64,000 nt of DNA from Oscillospiraceae bacterium (GCA_045627405.1 JAZQNP010000092.1:23591-87590), one strand, 5' to 3'; counted from the stretch's first letter, positions 47,810 through 57,462 are shown. The notes: generated by a model not told the origin, from the letters alone. Translations and numbers: made by a program.

Positions 47810-50800
47810 ATGAAACGAATCGTTCGGAAACATATTGCTTGTATCACAGCAGTCGCTTTGCTGGCTGTCGGCAGCACAAACACATTGCCGGTACTGTCGC
47901 CGGCGGGCAGTATGGCGGCAACGGATTCCATTCTGGACTTTGCAAATAGGCTGACAGCGCAATCTGTACAGAACCCGTCGTGCTTTGCGGCTCTTCGCTT
48001 TGCGACAGACGAACAGGTTTTTTACCGCGATGATACGGCTGTCGGAACCGAATATGATGCGTTCAGCGTGATCAACGGCAAAGTCATGGTGAAAAAAGCT
48101 GCGACATTGACATCTGCCGAACGCCAAAACGAGGGTGCTTCGGACGGATATATTCCTTTTGATGACGCTGCTGAAAAAATCGGATGTGAGATCACGGAGC
48201 AGAACGGCGATTATATTGTGGTCTCGCCGTTTCAATCTGCCGCGCTGATCGTGCGGTCTAACGGCGCAGTGCCGGCATACGGTGCTGTCAGTGAAACAGA
48301 CGGCTATCAGAATTTGCATGTGATGCAGTATAGTACTGCGGCGGATGCTTATGCTGCGTACAGGTGCTATCTGACAGATCAGACGGTTGATTATGTTGAA
48401 CCCAATCGCACGCTGTATCTTGCATCTGCGGCTGAACCGCAGTTTATCAGAGTGAATGATCGCTGGGGTCTGGATGCAATCGGCGCAGATGAATACCGCA
48501 GTTGGCTTTATTCTGTCAAAACTAATCTGCCGGAAATTGTGGTTGCTGTGATAGATACCGGTATTTATCAGGAACACAGTTGGTTTGAAAACCGCATTGC
48601 AGAGGGCGGAACCGGTTTTACATATGATGAAAAGGGGAGCTATGAGGACGGTCACGGACACGGTACACACTGTGCCGGCATCATTTGCTCTTCTACTCTG
48701 GATAATGTGAAGATTCTTCCGATCAAATGCCTGAGTGATGAAGGATACGGCTCCACCATGGAAGTATACTGTGCGATGATGTATGCGGCAGAACAGCAGC
48801 CGGATGTGATCAGCATGAGTCTTGGCGGAATCGGTATTTCTCCGCTGCTTTCAGATGCATGTGCGGTATTTGCTGAGAATGATATTCCCTGTGCAGTGGC
48901 TGCCGGAAACGAGTCAATTGATACGATGTATGCACATCCCGCGAGCGTGGATTCTGTTTTTACGGTTTCCGCAGTTGGCAATGATTCATATGACGGCTCC
49001 TCAGATTTATATGGTGAGGATGCGTATTCACTTGCTTATTTCAGCAATTTAGGCTCAAAGGTTGATTTTTGTGCGCCGGGTGTCGATATTGAAAGTGCCG
49101 GTATCGACGATCCGAACAGCACAACCTATAAGAGTGGTACGAGCATGGCAACACCTTATGTTGCCGGATGTATTGCGGATTTGCTGTCTTATGACGACAC
49201 CTTCACCTCGGATGAGATTTATCAGCTTTTGAAGCAGTTTGCATATGATCTTGGTACTGCGGGCTATGATGAATCCTATGGCTGGGGCATGGTTCGGCTT
49301 TTTGCAATGAGTGAAGACGGAAAATTCTGCGCTGCACCGACTGCCTCTCTGGTGTCCGGCTCCTATGACGGAGTACAGTCTGTGGCGCTTTCCTGTCCGA
49401 CTGAAAATGCCGACATCTATTACACGCTTGACGGCACTGTACCGACAGCGGAAAGCGGAATTCTGTATGACGGTAACTCTATCAGCATTGAAGCATCGTG
49501 TGAGCTGCGTGCAATCGCAGTGTTCGGCGGTACATCGAGTACAGTAATTTCGCGGCAATATGAGATTCTCTGTAAACCTCCGGTGATTACACCGGTCAGC
49601 GGGCAATATGAAGATTCTGTGACGGTGTCCATTTCCTGCGTCTCCAATGATGCGAAGATTTATTACACATTGGACGGTTCAACGCCGTCAGCGAAAAACG
49701 GCACGCTGTATTCCGATCCGTTTACGGTTTCAGAATCTGCTGTTCTGCGGGCTGTTGCAGTTTCCGGAAAGGCAGAAAGTGAAATCACGCGTGCTGATTA
49801 CTGCATAAACGGCGAGGAAATCTCCGATCCCTATGTCATCATAGACGGTGTGCTGGTTGCTTATAACGGCGTCGCATCCGTATTGGATCTGTCTGATTTG
49901 TACATTACCGCCGTCGGTGACAATGCATTCACCGGCAACAGACTGCTTACGAAGATCATACTCCCAGACAACGTTGCCAAACTAGGTGCAAATGCGTTTC
50001 AAGGCTGTGAAGCCTTGGAATTCGTCACAGCTGCCGGCGTCACAGAGCTTGGGACAGGTGTGTTCAGCGGTTGTACTGAACTGTACCAAATTCTGACCGG
50101 AGCTGTGCAGGAAATTCCGGATTACGCATTTTACCTTTGTGGCAATCTATCTCAAACAGAGGATTGCTTTATCCATGTGACATCCGTTGGCGACTATGCC
50201 TTCTACGAATGTGACTGGCTGGGCTCATCCGGTCTGGATTGGACACAAATTCAATCCATCGGTGACTATGCGTTCAGCTATGCATGGTTCTATGATGATG
50301 TCTCGCTCGATTCTCTGGAACATCTTGGCATACATGTGTTTGATAATGCCTACGGGTTTAGCAATATCTCACTGCCGAATTCGCTCACTGTTCTTCCGGA
50401 AGGTACATTCCGGAACTGTAATAATCTCACATCATTATCTGCACCGGGAATCATTGAGATCGGGGATTATGCAATGGCATTCAGTTCATACGAACCACTC
50501 GACACCGGCACGCTGTTTTCGCAGATTACAAAGATCGGCAGCTATGCATTTTCTGATTTTAATTTCAACGGATCGGTTGAGTTTACCAATGTCACAGACA
50601 TTGCGGAAAACGCATTTTCATATGCTGAGGCAGATTCGATGTCTTTCCCAGCGTTGCAGCATACAGGTCATAATGCATTTGCGAACGCATACTCCGATGT
50701 GTTATACTTAGAGCATATTGAGACAATCGCTGAAAACACATTTTCTTCGTATTCTCCTTATATTGTGGTAGTCGGTGACGAGCTGACTGAGATGGATGTG

Positions 50801-53800
50801 AATGCAGCATCGAACTACTGGCAGATGACACTTGCAGGACCGGCGGTTTCTCCCGCAAGGACTTTTGCAAATTCTCATTTGCTTACCTACTATGAAACAC
50901 CCGGTGTCTATCTTGACACAGAAGGTGAATCGCTGACATTGCAGCAATATGATCCGCAAACAATCGCGGCGTACCCACTCGGTTTCGGTCTGTCTCTGGA
51001 ATGGTACAGCGCAGCAGATGAGAACGGTGCAGATCCGGTCTATCTGCAATCTGCCAATGCACTGGAAATCAATGTGATGGAGAGCAGAACCTATTATTAC
51101 TATGCTGCTGTATACAAAGACGGCGCAGAAGTCGCACGGTCCAATGTGCTTCGTCTTGAAGTCATTCCGACGGAAATCATCGGTACTCTGAGTGAAAAAG
51201 ACCAGATGACGCTGATTGACTGGGATCAATATGAAAGCGGAGCGATAGCATATCAGTTTTCACCTGAGACAGCGGATTATTATTATTTCGAGGCTCACGG
51301 ATTCTCTGCGGATATTACCGTATTGGATCAGTATGGCTCTGTACAAAGGTACTACGCAACCGCTTATGTTGAACCGGGAGATGTCTATACCGTACTCATC
51401 AGAAAGTCCGGTTCAGAGCGATGGAATGCACTGTATATCTCAGATACATATATTTCCAACTATTTTGACGGTGAAATCACACTGGATGCGGATGTTTATC
51501 AGTATACAGGCAGTGCAATCGAGCCACCGGTATCTGTTATCTATAATCATGAATATTATGACAATGATACTTGGGAGTATGTCGAGGAGCAAATCACTCT
51601 GACAGAAGGCACAGATTATATTGTTCGTTATGATAATAATATTGATCCCGGAACTGCCTATGCATTTGTGTTCTGCATGGGGGATTACACATCGTTCTCA
51701 TATAGCACATTTAAGATTTATAGGCCGATTTTGGAGGATACGCCAGAATCTGTATATGATTTCACATACGGCAAAATTCCGTATTTTTGCTTTGAACCGG
51801 AGGAAACCGACGAATATCTGATCTATACCGAATATGCAGACGATCTGACAGAGCGGTTTGAAAGCGAAAGCAACTCATCCTATTATACTGATACAATCCT
51901 GACGATCTATGATTCTGATTGGAATGAAATCGGTTATAATGATGACGGCGGACAACTGCTGTTCTCTGCGATTTGGCTTGACCTCGAAGCAGGACAGAGG
52001 TATTATGTTGTACTCGACGCATGGAGCAGTTCGGAATCTGCGAGCGTATGCATTTCCAGAAAAACTCATCTCGGCATAGAGGGGTATCTGGAAGCAAGTA
52101 TATATAATTATGTTTATACCGGTGAGGCGATTGAACCGGAGTACAAATTCTATGTAGACGATGTCCTCTTAACAGAGGGAACCGATTATACAGCCCGCAT
52201 TTTTCACAATGTAAATCCCGGCTCAATGACTTTGATCGTAATTGGTCAGGGCAGCTATTGCGGCATGTACGTTTTTACAGAATTCTCCATTTCTATTGAT
52301 TTTGATGAATTGGATGACACGGTGATTGAAATTGAACCGGATGTGCCGTTTACGCTGAGCGAGCTGCGGCAGATTTATTCGCTCAATATTCCAAGCATCG
52401 GTTTGTATTGTCTGCGTCCGACCGATGCAGACGATGAAGCGGATTACTGCGGCGAGTGCTACACATACTACTATGATGGGATGTATGAAAGCTGGTACTG
52501 TACAACAAAATTCACTCCTGAGTATCCGGAATACGAATTGTACCCGGGTATGTATTATCTGATTCTCACACAAGATGCAACAGAAGAGCGCGAATTCATT
52601 CTTGAAACAGTTGAAGCATACCGGTCACTGTATTATGCAGATGTGACGGTAACAGATGCTGTTTACACCGGTGAACTGATTGTTCCGAAGGTAACCGTTA
52701 TTTACGAAGGCACTGAATTGACGGAAAATGTGGACTACATTGTGTCTTGCAATCAGCCGATGATTACATGCGGTTATTATACTCTTATCATTCAAGGAAT
52801 CGGTGAATACTACGGTAATGCTTACGCATATTTCCAAATTGTACCCGATCTTTCTGCCGAAATGCAAATACTGACGGAAGAAACAAACACTGTTACGGCA
52901 AATACAGGAGGAGAAACGGCATTTTACAGCTGGATACCGGATGAATCGCAGTATTGTCTATGGAAAGATCAACTGGAATATACAACGATTTCTGTATATG
53001 ATTCTGACATGCAGATCATCGAATACAATGATGGAATCGGTCTGATTTATACCGAAGTATATGTGGAACCGGGAAATCAATATTATATTTCAGCGGCGTT
53101 TGCCGACAGAACCATGACGGGCAGCTTTGATTTCACTCTGACTTCCGATTACGCTCTGCTGGATTATTGTGAAGTAGATACAGAGAACCTTCTGGCGTAC
53201 CAAGAAAATGCGCAGGTTCCGGATTACACAGTGAGGAACGGAGACACTGTTCTGACAGAGGGCGTCGATTATGAGGTGTTTTATCTCGGCGGAAATGATG
53301 ATTATGGCAGAGCAGAAATCTGTTTCAAAGGGAAAGGGCATTATATCGGCTATCTGGATTTCAGTTTTTACATTTATCCCGATCACTGGAACGATGTGAT
53401 TCCGGATCAGCAGATTGATTTGGCTGCGGAAGAAACCGTATTCACGGAACGCGGCTTGCCGGGAGCTGTAACGCTGTATACCTTTACAGCAGATCATGAT
53501 GCAACATATTATTTGAATCTTCCGAATACAGACAGTGCAGCAGTTACAGCATTTGTTTACGGCACAGACGGATTCATCTGCCCGCTCAGTCAGCATACAT
53601 TTGAACTGAAAGCCGGAGACACGATTCAGATTCTTTGCATGACTGACTGGCTGGAAACGAGCTATGATATTTACGACATGTACTCTGTTCAGGTAACTGA
53701 ATCCGCACCGATCGAATATTATTGGACAGAAAACGGACTCTGCTACTATCTCGAAAACGGTCTTGCGTATCTTCTCTATGTGGATGATATGATGCTTGAA

Positions 53801-54178
53801 ACCGGCTTCTATATTCCCGATGTTATTTATGATCCGGAAGGTGGAATACAGGGTACTTTTGCCGGAATCGGTGAAGAACTCTACCGGCATCTTGCATTTA
53901 CAAATACCATCTACTGCGAACAGGGCGGACTTGTTGCGGATTACTGTTCGGAAAACGGATATTGCTATGCGTTTACTGACCCGCAGACAACACTTGCCGG
54001 TGATGTCACAGGCGACGGCTTGGTCAATCAAAATGATGCATGGACGCTGCTGCGCTGGATGACTGAGGCGAGCGGCATGCAGATGACTGAACAAGGATAT
54101 GCAAACGCCGATATCAACGGCGATGGCATTGCCGACATGCTGGACGTCAATCAGATTCTCAGATACACAGCTTCATAA
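47810..54178 (+). CDS. Giant secreted subtilisin-like (S8) serine protease with Fn3-associated/CHB_HEX_C-like repeats, BspA-type leucine-rich repeats, an alternating beta-module array and a C-terminal dockerin
   Basis: Signal peptide. Catalytic triad contexts are VAVIDTGI (Asp codon 48554-48556), HGHGTHCAG (His codon 48659-48661) and SGTSMATPYVAG (Ser codon 49142-49144). Two IYYTLDG(T/S) repeats. LRR region with repeated IGDYAF/AF..C..L units. Dockerin GDVTGDGLVNQNDAWTLLRWM...ADINGDGIADMLDVNQILRY. A tgc-tataat -10 lies at 47766-47771. Confidence 0.85.
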   Translation: MKRIVRKHIACITAVALLAVGSTNTLPVLSPAGSMAATDSILDFANRLTAQSVQNPSCFAALRFATDEQVFYRDDTAVGTEYDAFSVINGKVMVKKAATLTSAERQNEGASDGYIPFDDAAEKIGCEITEQNGDYIVVSPFQSAALIVRSNGAVPAYGAVSETDGYQNLHVMQYSTAADAYAAYRCYLTDQTVDYVEPNRTLYLASAAEPQFIRVNDRWGLDAIGADEYRSWLYSVKTNLPEIVVAVIDTGIYQEHSWFENRIAEGGTGFTYDEKGSYEDGHGHGTHCAGIICSSTLDNVKILPIKCLSDEGYGSTMEVYCAMMYAAEQQPDVISMSLGGIGISPLLSDACAVFAENDIPCAVAAGNESIDTMYAHPASVDSVFTVSAVGNDSYDGSSDLYGEDAYSLAYFSNLGSKVDFCAPGVDIESAGIDDPNSTTYKSGTSMATPYVAGCIADLLSYDDTFTSDEIYQLLKQFAYDLGTAGYDESYGWGMVRLFAMSEDGKFCAAPTASLVSGSYDGVQSVALSCPTENADIYYTLDGTVPTAESGILYDGNSISIEASCELRAIAVFGGTSSTVISRQYEILCKPPVITPVSGQYEDSVTVSISCVSNDAKIYYTLDGSTPSAKNGTLYSDPFTVSESAVLRAVAVSGKAESEITRADYCINGEEISDPYVIIDGVLVAYNGVASVLDLSDLYITAVGDNAFTGNRLLTKIILPDNVAKLGANAFQGCEALEFVTAAGVTELGTGVFSGCTELYQILTGAVQEIPDYAFYLCGNLSQTEDCFIHVTSVGDYAFYECDWLGSSGLDWTQIQSIGDYAFSYAWFYDDVSLDSLEHLGIHVFDNAYGFSNISLPNSLTVLPEGTFRNCNNLTSLSAPGIIEIGDYAMAFSSYEPLDTGTLFSQITKIGSYAFSDFNFNGSVEFTNVTDIAENAFSYAEADSMSFPALQHTGHNAFANAYSDVLYLEHIETIAENTFSSYSPYIVVVGDELTEMDVNAASNYWQMTLAGPAVSPARTFANSHLLTYYETPGVYLDTEGESLTLQQYDPQTIAAYPLGFGLSLEWYSAADENGADPVYLQSANALEINVMESRTYYYYAAVYKDGAEVARSNVLRLEVIPTEIIGTLSEKDQMTLIDWDQYESGAIAYQFSPETADYYYFEAHGFSADITVLDQYGSVQRYYATAYVEPGDVYTVLIRKSGSERWNALYISDTYISNYFDGEITLDADVYQYTGSAIEPPVSVIYNHEYYDNDTWEYVEEQITLTEGTDYIVRYDNNIDPGTAYAFVFCMGDYTSFSYSTFKIYRPILEDTPESVYDFTYGKIPYFCFEPEETDEYLIYTEYADDLTERFESESNSSYYTDTILTIYDSDWNEIGYNDDGGQLLFSAIWLDLEAGQRYYVVLDAWSSSESASVCISRKTHLGIEGYLEASIYNYVYTGEAIEPEYKFYVDDVLLTEGTDYTARIFHNVNPGSMTLIVIGQGSYCGMYVFTEFSISIDFDELDDTVIEIEPDVPFTLSELRQIYSLNIPSIGLYCLRPTDADDEADYCGECYTYYYDGMYESWYCTTKFTPEYPEYELYPGMYYLILTQDATEEREFILETVEAYRSLYYADVTVTDAVYTGELIVPKVTVIYEGTELTENVDYIVSCNQPMITCGYYTLIIQGIGEYYGNAYAYFQIVPDLSAEMQILTEETNTVTANTGGETAFYSWIPDESQYCLWKDQLEYTTISVYDSDMQIIEYNDGIGLIYTEVYVEPGNQYYISAAFADRTMTGSFDFTLTSDYALLDYCEVDTENLLAYQENAQVPDYTVRNGDTVLTEGVDYEVFYLGGNDDYGRAEICFKGKGHYIGYLDFSFYIYPDHWNDVIPDQQIDLAAEETVFTERGLPGAVTLYTFTADHDATYYLNLPNTDSAAVTAFVYGTDGFICPLSQHTFELKAGDTIQILCMTDWLETSYDIYDMYSVQVTESAPIEYYWTENGLCYYLENGLAYLLYVDDMMLETGFYIPDVIYDPEGGIQGTFAGIGEELYRHLAFTNTIYCEQGGLVADYCSENGYCYAFTDPQTTLAGDVTGDGLVNQNDAWTLLRWMTEASGMQMTEQGYANADINGDGIADMLDVNQILRYTAS

Positions 54179-54181
54179 TAC

Positions 54182-54219
54182 ATAAGCCGCTGATGCAAGA
54201 GTCAGCGGCTTATATTTTG
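54182..54219 (+). terminator. Rho-independent terminator after the protease gene
   Basis: Stem ataagccgctga / tcagcggcttat followed by attttgc. Confidence 0.8.
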
Positions 54220-54380
54220 CTCACAGCGTAAATAGATGCGCGATATTTTGCACATTCTTCTTTTGAAATACAGTTACCACTTGCTTTTTTGTCGGAAATA
54301 TGATATACTATACTTATCTTAGTATGCCATGCATACACATTAGGAAGTATGCCGGAGCTTTCCGGCGCAGGAGATGGAAT

Positions 54381-55157
54381 ATGACTCGTAAAAGACGAAT
54401 TCGCTGGGATCGTATCGCACTTGTGTTTCTGCCGATTTTTTTTGTGATTCTGCTTCTTTGCACACATTGCAGGCACAAGGATCCGGAAGCAGAAAGCAGC
54501 AGTATGTCAGATGCTGCCGGCGTACTTTCGATTCCGACAGATGATTCGGATGCGCAGCCTACACTTGCAGAAGCGGATGCCTTCGTCGTGGTGATTGATC
54601 CGGGCCACGGCGGCGATGACGGCGGTACGACTGACGGGGATTCTCGCAATGAAAAGGACGATAATCTTCGCATTGCACTAGCAGTTCATGAGGTGTTGCA
54701 ATCTTATCCCGATGTGCAGGTCATTCTGACGCGCGATACCGATGTCTTCATTTCCTTAGAGGATCGATGCAAAATTGCGAATGATGCCGAAGCAGATGTG
54801 TTTGTATCACTGCACCGCAACAGTGCCACAGAAGGCAACGGGATTGAAATTTGGATCAATAACCAGGACAATTCCAGTGACAAACGTCTTGCCGGATACA
54901 TCATGGAACTACTGGAAGATGTCGGAATCTCTAAGAACCGCGGTATCAAGTCCGGCTATCGCACGACCAATGACGGCGACAACTACTATGTCAACTATTA
55001 CACGGACATGCCGAGCTGCCTGATAGAAATGGGGTTTCTGACCGCAGAGATAGACAATCAGTATTTCGATGAGCGTTTGGACTCTTACGCAGAGGCAATC
55101 GCAACCGGAATTATCGAATACGGGACCGATCTCGGTCTGTACGAAACGGAGACATAA
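54381..55157 (+). CDS. N-acetylmuramoyl-L-alanine amidase (Amidase_3 family, CwlD-like), membrane anchored
   Basis: TM anchor, then VVIDPGHGGDDGGT, NEKDDNLRIAL, ILTRDTD..ISLEDRCKIAN and ADVFVSLHRNS blocks. Confidence 0.8.
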   Translation: MTRKRRIRWDRIALVFLPIFFVILLLCTHCRHKDPEAESSSMSDAAGVLSIPTDDSDAQPTLAEADAFVVVIDPGHGGDDGGTTDGDSRNEKDDNLRIALAVHEVLQSYPDVQVILTRDTDVFISLEDRCKIANDAEADVFVSLHRNSATEGNGIEIWINNQDNSSDKRLAGYIMELLEDVGISKNRGIKSGYRTTNDGDNYYVNYYTDMPSCLIEMGFLTAEIDNQYFDERLDSYAEAIATGIIEYGTDLGLYETET

Positions 55158-55179
55158 ACATATTTGAGGTGAGAATAAC

Positions 55180-56904
55180 TTGGAAACGGTGACATATACA
55201 CTGTTGAAACGGCTCGCAAAGCAGACTGTGAATGCAAAAAAGCGGTTTGCAGTTCTGGGGAACTGTGCAACACAGCAGCTTTCCGCTGCAATCGCAGGAG
55301 AATCCGTCCGGCGCGGCTGTACGATGCAGGTGTTTGATGCAGATTACGATCAAATGGCGGCACAGTTTCTGGATCCGCAGTCAGAGCTTTATGCTTTCCA
55401 GCCGGATTTCATTCTGATTTTTTGCTGCATTGAAAAGCTGAAACAGCGATTTTATGATACAGTCCCGTCAGAGCGGACATTATTTGCAGAACGGGAATTT
55501 GCCCGCTTTTGCAGTCTGTGGGAGGCTGCATCGCTCCATTGCTCTGCAAAAATTCTGATGTTTGATTTTCCGGAGCAATCGGATGCAGTATTTGGCAGCT
55601 TTGCACTCCGGACGCCGGTTTCTTTTTTGTATCAGCTCCGAAAGCTGAACCAGATGTGCGGAGAATCTGTTGCTGCACAATATCCGAATGTTTATCCGGT
55701 TGCACTGAGCGATGTACAGCGCGAACTCAGAAATACACAGTTTTTTGATCCGAGGATGTGGTATCTGGCAAAAATGGCAGTAAAAACCGAGGCATTGCCT
55801 GCGGTTGCAGCGCGCGTACTGGATACTGTTCTTGCAATAAACGGGAACATCAAAAAATGTGTCATCACCGATCTGGACAATACCCTTTGGGGCGGTGTCA
55901 TCGGTGACGACGGCTTGGACGGTATTCAGCTCGGAGAGCTTGGAGACGGTCCGGCATTTGTTGCATTGCAGCGATGGCTGCTGGAATTGAAGCGGCGGGG
56001 TATTCTGCTGGCTGTATGCAGTAAAAATGACGAAAAAAATGCAAAAGAACCGTTTGAGAAGCATCCCGAAATGGTATTGCGTATGGAGGATATCGCAGTT
56101 TTTGTTGCAAACTGGGAAAATAAAGCAGAGAATATCCGCCGGATTCAGCAAATACTGAATATCGGCATGGACAGCTTCGTTTTTCTGGACGACAATCCTT
56201 TTGAGCGCAATTTAGTTCGTGAAATGCTGCCGGAAGTGACTGTACCGGAGCTTCCGGAGGATCCGGCATATGTTCCTGCTTATCTGGAATCTCTTCATCT
56301 GTTTGAGGCAGCCGGGTTTTCCGATGAAGACACTGCCCGGACTGCGCAGTATCAGGCAGAAGCAAGCCGTGTTGAAGCGCAGGCAAGCTTCACAAATTAT
56401 GAGGATTATCTCAAATCGCTGGATATGCGGGCGGAGATTCTTCCGTTCGATTCATTCCATTATCCGCGGATTGCACAGCTCACACAGCGTTCCAACCAGT
56501 TTAATCTGCGCACGGTGCGGTACACTGAGCATGAGATCGCTGCATTGACAGAGGATCCGTCCGTGATTACACGCTATGTGACGTTGACTGACCGCTTTGG
56601 TGAACACGGTCTGATCAGTGTTGTGATCCTGAAAAAGCAAGCGGATGCGCTGTTTATTGACACATGGCTCATGAGCTGCCGTGTATTGAGACGCGGCGTG
56701 GAGCAATGTATGTTTAACAAAGTAGTGGATCTTGCCAAGGAATCCGGGTGTAAATACCTGATCGGGGAATATCTCCCAACTGCCAAAAACAGCATGGTTG
56801 CTGACTTTTATCCGTCTTTTGGCATGGAGTCCATTGGGAACGGCAGATTTCGGCTCGCCTGTGATTCCTATGAACCGAAACCGCATCACATTCTGTTTTC
56901 ATAA
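55180..56904 (+). CDS. FkbH-like HAD-IIIC family protein with a C-terminal GNAT-like domain
   Basis: HAD-IIIC signature VITDLDNTLWGGVIGDDG, later LAVCSKNDEKNA and FLDDNPFER. TTG start preceded by GAGGTGAG. Confidence 0.7.
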   Translation: METVTYTLLKRLAKQTVNAKKRFAVLGNCATQQLSAAIAGESVRRGCTMQVFDADYDQMAAQFLDPQSELYAFQPDFILIFCCIEKLKQRFYDTVPSERTLFAEREFARFCSLWEAASLHCSAKILMFDFPEQSDAVFGSFALRTPVSFLYQLRKLNQMCGESVAAQYPNVYPVALSDVQRELRNTQFFDPRMWYLAKMAVKTEALPAVAARVLDTVLAINGNIKKCVITDLDNTLWGGVIGDDGLDGIQLGELGDGPAFVALQRWLLELKRRGILLAVCSKNDEKNAKEPFEKHPEMVLRMEDIAVFVANWENKAENIRRIQQILNIGMDSFVFLDDNPFERNLVREMLPEVTVPELPEDPAYVPAYLESLHLFEAAGFSDEDTARTAQYQAEASRVEAQASFTNYEDYLKSLDMRAEILPFDSFHYPRIAQLTQRSNQFNLRTVRYTEHEIAALTEDPSVITRYVTLTDRFGEHGLISVVILKKQADALFIDTWLMSCRVLRRGVEQCMFNKVVDLAKESGCKYLIGEYLPTAKNSMVADFYPSFGMESIGNGRFRLACDSYEPKPHHILFS

Positions 56905-56942
56905 TTTTTTAATGAAATTTTCTTGAAAAACAGAAAAAGTGC

Positions 56943-56971
56943 TTGAAATTTTCGGGGAACTGTGCTATAAT
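56943..56971 (+). promoter_or_regulatory. Sigma-A type promoter for the small acidic protein gene
   Basis: -35 ttgaaa, 17-nt spacer, extended -10 tgc-tataat (56966-56971). Confidence 0.6.
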
Positions 56972-57057
56972 AATACCATTAAGATCGTTGCATCCGCATG
57001 GGCAACGGTCGGTCAAGCGTGTGACTCCAAATCGCCTTGCGGAGAAAGAGGAAAATT

Positions 57058-57432
57058 ATGAAGAAATTTACCGCACTTTTACTGGGTACTGCTGCGATTG
57101 CCGGTGCCGCTGCGGCGATTGTGCTTTTGAAACGCCGTCAGGATGAGGCATGCTGTCGATATGATTCCGATGACATGGATGATGATGAATTCTTCTGTGA
57201 GGATTGCGGAACCTGCGGCGTCTGTGATGAGGAAAATCTGGATGTGGATATTCCCAGCGAGGCAGATGAAGCTGCGGAGGCTATAAAGGACGCTGCTGAA
57301 AACGCGGCAGATGCAGCAGAAGACATCGTGGATGATGTGAAAGATGCAGCGGAAGATATTGCAAAAGATGCAAGGGATGCAGCAGAAGACATCATTGATG
57401 ATGTCAAGGACGCAATCAAAAAGAAAAAGTAA
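57058..57432 (+). CDS. Small membrane-anchored, extremely acidic protein with a CxxCxxCxxC cluster and 11-residue repeats (YtxH-like appearance)
   Basis: N-terminal TM helix (LLLGTAAIAGAAAAIVLL), then CC...CEDCGTCGVC, then three AAEDIxxDxKD repeats and a KKKK tail. RBS gagaaagaggaaaa. Confidence 0.6.
   Translation: MKKFTALLLGTAAIAGAAAAIVLLKRRQDEACCRYDSDDMDDDEFFCEDCGTCGVCDEENLDVDIPSEADEAAEAIKDAAENAADAAEDIVDDVKDAAEDIAKDARDAAEDIIDDVKDAIKKKK
57313..57411 (+). repeat. 3 x 33-bp in-frame tandem repeat
   Basis: Units 57313-57345, 57346-57378 and 57379-57411 (gcagcagaagacatcgtggatgatgtgaaagat and two variants). They encode AAEDIVDDVKD, AAEDIAKDARD and AAEDIIDDVKD. Confidence 0.85.
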
Positions 57433-57462
57433 TTTTTCCAAGGCACCGAACTTGTAAGCTGT

